From contig JAZDIZ010000008.1 of NCBI GenBank assembly GCA_043804515.1, forward strand, positions 1-16,094: 16,094 nucleotides of DNA. Direction: 5' to 3'. This document shows positions 1 through 7,500 of the stretch, in pieces (position 1 is the stretch's first letter; each line of letters starts with the position of its first letter). A program made the position numbers and the translations under genes. The notes beneath the pieces are model-generated. The model did not search any database, was not told the origin of the DNA, and worked only from the letters and a program-made list of their open reading frames with translations. The stretch is from Pseudomonadota bacterium (lineage in GTDB: Bacteria; Bdellovibrionota_G; JALEGL01; DATDPG01).

Positions 1-1
1 T

Positions 2-1960
2 AAAACCTCGTCCGGGATGGAGGTGGGGTTTCGATCGTACCGGGACTCGGTCGGAGCGCACCCACCCATGACTTTGGACATACGCTTGGCCGAAGGCCGG
101 GTCGGTTCGCTGCGCGATCTTTCGTCTCCGGGAGGGAAGGAGCTCTTCACGGCGACGGTGGAACCGGAGCGGATCGGGGACTTTTTCACGTCCGAACACC
201 AGCAACGGAGAGTGGTCCGCCTGAAAGGTATACCCATCCGGCTTCAAGAGGCGGTGGTGCAGGTGGAGGATCGCGATTTCTACAGCCACCACGGCTTCTC
301 GGCGCGGGGGATTCTGCGGGCGGCGTGGCGGAATCTGAGAGGCGGCCAGGTTACGGAGGGGGGAAGCACGCTCACGCAGCAACTGATGAAGAATTTTTTC
401 CTGTCCTCGGACCGAACGCTCCAGCGAAAGATCCGCGAGTTCATCATGACGGTCGTGGCCGAAGGTCTCTATTCCAAGGACCAGATTCTGGAAGCGTACT
501 TAAACGAAATCTATCTCGGGCAGCGCGGTTCCACATCCATCCATGGAGTCGCCGAAGCTGCGCGATTCTACTTCTCCAAGAACCTGGATCAACTTTCATT
601 GGGGGAGGATGCGCTTCTGGCCGGAATGGTGAGCTCGCCCGGGCGCTATTCACCCTATAACGATTTGAAGGCCGCCAAGGCGCGCCGGGACGTGGTCCTC
701 AAGATCCTGAAGGACCGCAAAAAGATCACGGAAAAGGAGTTCGCTGCCGCACTTCACGAGAAGCTCCAGCCGAGGGGTCAGACCCGCGATGAACGGGTCG
801 CGCCCTATTTCCTGGATTACGTTCAAGCCGAGCTGAAGGAACGCTTCAGCGAAGACGCCCTGCAGACCGAAGGGTACGAGATCCACACGATGCTGGATCC
901 CGCGCTTCAAGCGCTGGCCGAGAAGGCAGCCGTGGCCGGTCTCAAAGAACTGGACAAGAAGAATCCCGGTTTGGACCTGGCCATGGTGGTTCTGCAGCCG
1001 CGCACGGGCTTCATAAAGGCCATGGTCGGTGGGCGGGACTACGGGAAGAGCCAGTACAATCGGGTCACGCTGTCGCGCCGGCAGATCGGGTCGCTCGTCA
1101 AGCCGTTCATTGCGGCGGCGGCGCTCAGCCCTCCGGCGGAGGGAGAACCACCGGTAGCCACGGCGGCCACGCTTCTCGAGGACAAGCCCACGACGTTCTC
1201 CTTCGAGGGAAAAGACTGGTCCCCGAAGAACTACGAGCGGAAATATTTCGGGACGGTGACGCTCCGGCGAGCGCTGGAGAATTCATTGAATGTCGCCACG
1301 GTCAACCTGGCTTCGATGGTCGGCGTGGCTTCGATCGGGTCGGAACTGCGGCGCTTCGGTTTTGAGGTTCCATTGAGCGTTCCTTCGATCGCGCTGGGGG
1401 CCTTAAGTGCGCCGCCGATCGCAGTCGCACGCGCGTATACGGCCTTCGTGAACGCCGGCGCCATGGTGTCGCCGCAAGGCATCTCGGCCGTCCTCGATTC
1501 CGACGGCCAACGTTTGGAGCAACGGTCCATGGAGGTCGATCAAATCCTGAGCCCCGATGTGGCCTTCCTGGTCACGAATCTCCTCCGTGGCGTCGTCGAG
1601 CGGGGCACGGCCCGGAAAGTCCCGGCTTGGGGGCTTCGCCGCCCGTTGGCCGGAAAGACCGGGACGACGGACGACAATCGGGACAGCTGGTTTGTAGGAT
1701 ACAGTCCGTCGCTTCTCGCGGCGGTCTGGGTGGGACGGGACGACAACGTTCCGACAGGGCTTACCGGCGCTTCGGGCGCCCTCACGGTCTGGATCCGGTT
1801 CATGGCCGAAGCCTTGAAGAGGGTTCCGCAAGAGGAATTCGAAATCCCGCCGGGCATTCAATGGTTCGATATCGTGCGGGAACTGGGATGCCGTGAGGGG
1901 CAAGGAGAAATCTTGCACGAAGCCTTCCTACAGGGTACCGAACCGGCGAAATGCAAATGA
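2..1960 (+). CDS. mrcB: Class A penicillin-binding protein 1B (transglycosylase/transpeptidase), 5' end outside the window
   Basis: Frame is open from nt 2, so the ATG at 17 is probably internal. GT51 motifs EDRDFYSHHG, GGSTLTQQ, RKIRE, KDQILEAYLN; transpeptidase motifs SxxK (SLVK), SxN (SLN), KTG (GKTGT). The segment before the GT domain resembles the UB2H-linker region of PBP1B. Confidence 0.92.
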   Translation, partial: KTSSGMEVGFRSYRDSVGAHPPMTLDIRLAEGRVGSLRDLSSPGGKELFTATVEPERIGDFFTSEHQQRRVVRLKGIPIRLQEAVVQVEDRDFYSHHGFSARGILRAAWRNLRGGQVTEGGSTLTQQLMKNFFLSSDRTLQRKIREFIMTVVAEGLYSKDQILEAYLNEIYLGQRGSTSIHGVAEAARFYFSKNLDQLSLGEDALLAGMVSSPGRYSPYNDLKAAKARRDVVLKILKDRKKITEKEFAAALHEKLQPRGQTRDERVAPYFLDYVQAELKERFSEDALQTEGYEIHTMLDPALQALAEKAAVAGLKELDKKNPGLDLAMVVLQPRTGFIKAMVGGRDYGKSQYNRVTLSRRQIGSLVKPFIAAAALSPPAEGEPPVATAATLLEDKPTTFSFEGKDWSPKNYERKYFGTVTLRRALENSLNVATVNLASMVGVASIGSELRRFGFEVPLSVPSIALGALSAPPIAVARAYTAFVNAGAMVSPQGISAVLDSDGQRLEQRSMEVDQILSPDVAFLVTNLLRGVVERGTARKVPAWGLRRPLAGKTGTTDDNRDSWFVGYSPSLLAAVWVGRDDNVPTGLTGASGALTVWIRFMAEALKRVPQEEFEIPPGIQWFDIVRELGCREGQGEILHEAFLQGTEPAKCK

Positions 1961-2445
1961 AGCGATGGATCTGGATTCTGGTGCTCGCGGCGGGTTGCGT
2001 GCCCCGGCCGGCTCCGACCCCGCAGGAGCCGACAAAAACCTCCCTGGAAGGGATGGCCCAGGGCGCCGAGAACCCCACGCGCGCGGCGTCCATGAGGATC
2101 GTGGAATTCGGGCGGGAGGAATTGAATCAGCTTCGATTCGAGCGGGCGGCCAACCAATTCTCCAAGGCGATCGAAATCGACGCGTCGAACCCGTTTGCGT
2201 ATTTTTATCTGGGCCTGACACGCCTCCAGACAAAGCGCCTCTCGCAGGCGGCGGATTTCTTCGGAAGGGCGGCCGACCTGTTTGTCACGTTCCCGGAATG
2301 GAAATCCGAGGCGCTTGCGTACCGGGGCGAGTGTCTCGAGAAAATGAACATGCTTGAAGCGGCTCGAAAGGTATACCAGAGGGCGATCGGCGTGGACTCC
2401 GCCAACAACCGCGCCCACATGGGCTTGACCCGCATCGGAGGGTGA
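1957..2445 (+). CDS. TPR-repeat lipoprotein (LpoP-like)
   Basis: ATG 1957 overlaps the PBP stop (ATGA). Signal peptide MKRWIWILVLAAG|C ends in a lipobox, followed by a Pro-rich linker and ~3 TPRs (FSKAIEIDASNPFAYFYLG; ALAYRGECLEKM; YQRAIGVDSANNRAHMGL). Confidence 0.85.
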   Translation: MKRWIWILVLAAGCVPRPAPTPQEPTKTSLEGMAQGAENPTRAASMRIVEFGREELNQLRFERAANQFSKAIEIDASNPFAYFYLGLTRLQTKRLSQAADFFGRAADLFVTFPEWKSEALAYRGECLEKMNMLEAARKVYQRAIGVDSANNRAHMGLTRIGG

Positions 2446-2448
2446 GTT

Positions 2449-3063
2449 TTGCCGGAGCAGATGTCACTTCTCGGGGATCCTCCCAAACCGAATCGGCGCA
2501 TCCTGACATTTGACCTGGAAACCCTGCGCTCGGCCTATGACGTGGGCGGGTGGGAGAACCTGAGCCTCATGGGAATGGCGTGCGGCGTCGTCCACGACTC
2601 GCTGGACAATCAATACCATGTTTATGACGAGGCACAGGCCGCCGGTCTTGTGGCGCATCTCAAGAAAGCGGACCTTGTCGTGGGCTTCAACCATGTGGGC
2701 TTCGATTACGGTGTCCTGGCGGCATATACGAAGGAAGACCTGCGTTCGGTCACCCACAACTTCGACATGCTGCTCGATGTGACGCGCCTTCTGGGTCACA
2801 GGCTCAAACTGAATTCATTGGTGGCGGCGACGCTGGGGGACGCGAAAAGCGCCGACGGCATGCAATCCCTTCAATGGGTGAAGGAAGGCAAGCTCGACCT
2901 GGTGCGCGAGTACTGCAAGAAAGACGTGGAAGTGACCCGGCGGCTTTTCGATTACGGCGTCAAAGAAGAAAAAGTTTTCTATTACGACCTGGACGGGAAC
3001 AGCATCCAACTCCGCGTGGACTGGGACCCCGAGTCCCTGATCGAACGGGCAAAAAAAGCATAA
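2449..3063 (+). CDS. Stand-alone RNase H-like DEDDy 3'-5' exonuclease (RNase_H_2/YprB-like)
   Basis: Exo I FDLET, Exo II GFNHVGFD, Exo III YCKKD. GGAGG at 2437-2441 precedes TTG 2449. Confidence 0.85.
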   Translation: MPEQMSLLGDPPKPNRRILTFDLETLRSAYDVGGWENLSLMGMACGVVHDSLDNQYHVYDEAQAAGLVAHLKKADLVVGFNHVGFDYGVLAAYTKEDLRSVTHNFDMLLDVTRLLGHRLKLNSLVAATLGDAKSADGMQSLQWVKEGKLDLVREYCKKDVEVTRRLFDYGVKEEKVFYYDLDGNSIQLRVDWDPESLIERAKKA

Positions 3064-3145
3064 CTTCGATTTTTCACGAGCCGCAACGAGACAGGCGGGG
3101 AGGGCCGTTGCCTCCGCTCCGCCTGCGATGGAAAGCCGGTCGATC

Positions 3146-3251
3146 CGAAAAGGACGTGGTCGCCTCGCTTTACGCAGCTCGGCGCCACTCGGCGCTCAAC
3201 GGCCGTAGTTATTAAATGCATGGAAACGGCCGTTTCCGGCACGCCTTTTCG
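3146..3251 (+). repeat. Structured ~100-nt repeat element, copy A
   Basis: 3158-3245 matches the reverse complement of 4311-4397 at 68/88 positions (manual alignment). Outer stem cgaaaagg/ccttttcg, hairpin gcgcc-actc-ggcgc, 9-bp stem 3198-3206/3226-3234. Confidence 0.85.
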
Positions 3252-3352
3252 TTCCGCCCGCCTTCCCCTCGCAGTGAGGATCCTCCGGGCAGCCCGCCCG
3301 GCCCGCGGTTTCCTTATTTCTCCATTAGAAAAGTTCTCGCCGCCTTAAATCT

Positions 3353-3389
3353 GTGATCATGGGGTCCCATTTCCATACCGCATGATCAC
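3353..3389. repeat. Inverted repeat gtgatcatg...catgatcac
   Basis: Perfect 9-bp arms at 3353-3361 and 3381-3389; no U-tract; function unknown. Confidence 0.5.
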
Positions 3390-3546
3390 GCGTCCCCGTC
3401 GCAGGCCGGACTCTCCAATAGGGTTTGAAGAAGGGGGAGGGTTGGGGTTTGGCAGGTGTCTCCGAAATGGCGGAGTAAGACCGCGTCGAACTGGCATAGA
3501 CCCAAAGGATGACACAATGCGTGGAGCCAATTAATCTTCAGCGCGA

Positions 3547-4002
3547 ATGACGGTTTCTGAAGGAACTATTCAAGCCGACAAAGTATTCCTTTTGGGAGCT
3601 GGATTTTCGGCTCCTTTTGGCTTTCCCTTGGCGTCCGATCTGTTTTCGAAAGTAATCGAGAGCGAGAAGACACATTTCCTGGATTCAGAGCTAGACCGGA
3701 TCCTCGACATCTTCTTTCCAAGCCGGTTTGACCTTCCTAATGGACTTCCCCCATTTGAGGAGTTTCTTTCGGAGATTGATGCGTATCTTGGCATCCGGCC
3801 TGCCTGGGGTCCGAAACCTGACCCGACAATTGAACTGCTTCGCGGTGAATTACTCCGAGCACTTACGCATTGCCTGGACGCCCTATGTGTTCAAACCGAC
3901 TTTAAAGGGAAAGCTCGATCGATAGTTGCATTTGCTCAGCGGTTTCAACAGGGAGTGACGTTCATCACGCGGCAATCGGGGGACAGCGCACCCATTTGCT
4001 AA
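3547..4002 (+). pseudogene. N-terminal fragment of a SIR2-like (SIR2_2) protein
   Basis: KVFLLGAGFSAPFGFPLASDL is the SIR2 GAGxS..G.P start, followed by FEEFLSEID. Similarity ends at VTFIT, where T-x-N-[YW]-D is expected, and the frame runs into a repeat and stops. Visibly lower GC than the flanking genes. Confidence 0.75.
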
Positions 4003-4147
4003 CCCGCCATGGGCGCGGGTGAGATTTCGTCGCTTTATAAAATTATTTTGCGATCGTGAACACGGAGCAGGGGCGGCAATCCTGCCAAAGCACCGCGGAG
4101 ATAGGCCATGGAGGGCTATCTCCTAATTGGTGTGCCGTCCCTCGAAT
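3974..4147. repeat. REP-like imperfect inverted pair (24 nt) enclosing three hairpins
   Basis: aatcgggggacagcgcacccattt (3974-3997) vs reverse complement of 4124-4147 (attcgagggacggcacaccaatta), 18/24 identical. Internal hairpins at 4002-4020, 4067-4085 and 4097-4123. Confidence 0.55.
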
Positions 4148-4308
4148 TCCTCCACCCCGAATGCGCCCCGCCCTCGCGACGAAACCCAAATGTTCCTTCC
4201 TCCCCACAGCGTAATCGTGCTGGCATTGACCTAAGTCGGGAAATTGGTGCAGGGTCGATGCGCTCTTAACGAAGATCTTGGATTGGAGGGCGCGGGGCTC
4301 CCCCCGCA

Positions 4309-4405
4309 GGGGCGTGTCGGAACCGGTCGCATCCATGCTTCCAAAACCGCGACCGGTGAGCGCCGAGCGGCGGCGAAGTGCGTAAACTGAGCCGACCGCA
4401 TCCCC
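4309..4405 (-). repeat. Structured ~100-nt repeat element, copy B (inverted relative to copy A)
   Basis: Same fold as copy A with compensatory changes; ends overlap the 11-bp direct repeat ccccgcagggg at 4302-4312 and 4402-4412. Confidence 0.85.
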
Positions 4406-4482
4406 GCAGGGGTGCCTACGCGCCCCACCAATCTCGAACCCTTTGAGATGAAGTTTGCGACGGGGGCAAATCGCGGGAGGTG

Positions 4483-4491
4483 TGGTACAAT
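4483..4491 (+). promoter_or_regulatory. Extended -10 promoter element (TGgTACAAT)
   Basis: TGn + TACAAT, ending 7 nt before GTG 4499, the geometry expected for a leaderless transcript. Confidence 0.5.
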
Positions 4492-4498
4492 GCACGCC

Positions 4499-4597
4499 GT
4501 GAAGCCTCCCAAAGCCCATCTGACGCTACGTGACCTGTTAACGCTTTATACAGGCGCCGTCCTCTTCTCCATCTTTCTGATCGCACACGGCATGTGA
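4499..4597 (+). CDS. Putative 32-aa small membrane protein
   Basis: MKPPKAHLTLRDLLTLYTGAVLFSIFLIAHGM: basic N-terminus plus one hydrophobic helix. Its stop overlaps the next GTG start (GTGA). Alternative start ATG 4490. Confidence 0.5.
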   Translation: MKPPKAHLTLRDLLTLYTGAVLFSIFLIAHGM

Positions 4598-7500
4598 GAA
4601 GGTTCTGGACCGTCTTCTTTCTCCTCCTGGTTTCTCTGCCGGCGGCGGCCGGTGAGAAATGGAAGGATTCCCTTATGGAAGCGGATGTTCTGAACGGGGC
4701 TCCGCTCAATCTCCTTCGGTTGGACGATGCGTATCGCAACCGGGCCGCGTACGCACAAGGGGAGGACTTGATGGAGGAGATCATCCGGTTCATCTTCCCG
4801 ATCTCGGGCAGGCAGCAACGGCCCCCGTTCATGCCCCTGCCGTACTGGGGACCTAAGAAGCCCCAATACAAGGTTTTCGACTGGCATAAGTACGAATCGG
4901 ATCACTTCCTTTTCTACACGTATCCCGAGGGGGAAACGGTTCTTCCGGACGTCGTGCAATACATGGAGGAGGAACACGAGAAGAACAACCGGATCTTCGG
5001 CGTCGAAAACCGGTTCACAAAAAAGGTCCCGGTCATCTTCTACATGGGCCGGAGGGATTTCGAACAGTCTTCCGTCATCGGTGGCCCTGTGCCCGAATCG
5101 TTGGGGGGCCTTACGGAGATCTTCGCCTGGAAGAGGGTGACGTACCCCTTCCAAGGCGACCAGGCCCAACTCGAGCACGTAGTGAAGCACGAGGGGACGC
5201 ACGTCTACCAGATCGCAAAAGGCGCCAGGAGGCTCCCTCTGTGGTTCATCGAAGGATGCGCCGAGACCAATTCCATCAAATGGGATGCGCAGGCGGAGCT
5301 CACACTGAGGGACGCATATCTCAACGGCTTCTTTTTCAAGATCGACGATCTCTGGCAGGTGGACGGCACGTGGCTCATGTACAAAGAGGGAAATTTTATC
5401 TGTAACGTGCTCTGGGACGAATACGGAGAGAAGGGATTCCGAAAAGTCTACGACCACTCTTCCTCGATGTCCTTTGAGGACAATTTAAAGGAATCCCTGG
5501 GAATGACGATCCCCGACCTGGATCGGAAGGTTTCGGAAGCGCTTGCACGGCAGTACGGCCCGATTCTGGGCCAGCACGATCTCCTGGAGGGCGTAAAGCC
5601 GTTGATGGAGAAGCGCGTTCTTCTGCGCTCGTGGGGGCGTTACTTCCTCGCGGGGGGAACGTCGGGCCCGCGGGAAGCCATCTTCCTGGCGCACGTCGGG
5701 CCCGACGGCAAGGTTCAAACGGAGAAAGTAATCGCCGACCGGCATTACAAGAGCGAATCGCTGAATTTCTTCCAGAAAGGGGCCTGGTTGGACGAACGGC
5801 GGATCGCATACGCGATCCGCAGGTCGGAGCGCGACGTGATCCGCGTCCTCACGTATGACTACGACGCCAAAAAGAAGAAATTCAACCTCGGCTCTGAGAC
5901 GGAGATTTCACCCCCTGGCATCGACACGCTTTCGGATCCCGTCCTGACCGGCGAGACCTCGATCGCCTTCGTGGGTTTCGAGAAGGGATTTTCCAACCTC
6001 TACGGCTACGATTGGAAATCAGCTCGCCTCGAGAAACTGACGCAGGATAATCATCACTATTCCGGCTTGGATTACTCGCCGGTCCGGAGGGAACTCGTCT
6101 TTTCGAGGGAAGACGGGCCGACGGGGGAGCGGTGCCGGTACGACCGGAACCTGTATTCGTGGTCCTTGGAGAAGAAGCTTCTTACGAAGCTCACCGATAC
6201 GCCCAAGGTGATCGAAACCGAGCCGCGTTTCTCGCCGGACGGTAAGTCGCTTCTTTATGTGTCCGACGAGCGCGGCACGTACGATTTCTACTCGTATCAC
6301 TTCGATACGGCGGAGACGCGCGCCGTGACCCGAATGCGGATCGGCGTTCAACATCCGGGTTGGGGAGACGGAGGGACTCTTTTCCTGAACTCGTACGAGA
6401 AAACGACGCCGCAGATCTATTTCATTCCGTTCCCGAATTTACGGGACCGGTTGATCGCCGATCTTCCCTTCAAGGCTTTTGTATCGGCGCGGATCGAGGG
6501 GAATGCGGTCGCTCTGGCCGCACCGCCGGAAAAGAAAGAAATATCTTCCGGAAAACATGAGGATGGTTTGGCCGCCTTCCACGACAAAGGCGTCGTGTAT
6601 TGGGAGGGAGAGCCGTATGAAGCGAATGCCGTCGCGGTGTTTCCCGATCGCGTGTTGGCGAGCACCAGGATGGGGCTTCCGGACTCCAAGAAAGTGGAGT
6701 CGGACGAGCGCAAGCACTTCTTTTCGATCTCCTCGGCCGTGGAATCCCTCGATTCCACCCGGTTCGCCAGGCGAGGCGTCTCGGAGGATCTTTCAACCGA
6801 ATTTTCTCCCAAATTGGGCGGTCGCGCCATTGTGGATGCCTGGAAGGAACCCGCCGGAGGGCAGGTTCTGCTCCTGGTGAACAACCGACTGGCGTCGCGT
6901 GAAAAAGAGTTCGAGAAATCTCCGCCTCTCTCGCTCGTATTCTACGACCGGACGGCGGACCGGATGGTGGAACTCAAGGAGAGCCCACTGCAGGAGATTA
7001 CCGACCGGATTCAATGGGTGGCGTTCTTAAAACCGTCGGGCATCCTCCTTGCCATCGGTGATCGTGAACGCGGTCCGTTCTTGCTGGGCGTGATGGACGT
7101 CACGACGGGCCGGTTCAAGTCGATGGACGACATGGTTCCCCTGTTCCGTGTGGCGAACGACCGGGGCGGATTCTTCTGGCATCAAGGCCGGAGAGTGTAC
7201 ATGGCTACGGCGGAGGAGGCGTTGGCGGGAAAGAAACGGCGCTTGCCCAAACTGGCGGGGTCTCCCGTAGTTGGGGACTACCTCCTGGACGGCCGGCTGG
7301 AGTTTCTGACGGTGCGCGGAAAGGAATGGAGCGCGGAAAGATTCGACGCGCAGGGACGGCAATCGGAACGGGATATCCTCCCGCATGCGAAAGGGGAAAA
7401 GCTCACGCAAGCCGCCGTTGATCCTGAAACGGGCGCGGTGGCGTTCGGCGTGCGGACGAAAGAAGGCAAACAGACCGTTGAAGAACTCCGGACATGGGAC

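Noticed and set aside
3093..3124. Hairpin after the exonuclease gene as an intrinsic terminator
   Set aside because: Imperfect GC stem with no following U-tract.
2874..4519. ORFs 2874-3215 and 4043-4519 share the peptide YAxRRxSALxGR
   Set aside because: This is a by-product of translating the two DNA repeat copies; a 1-nt indel and paired-base covariation point to nucleic-acid structure, not protein.
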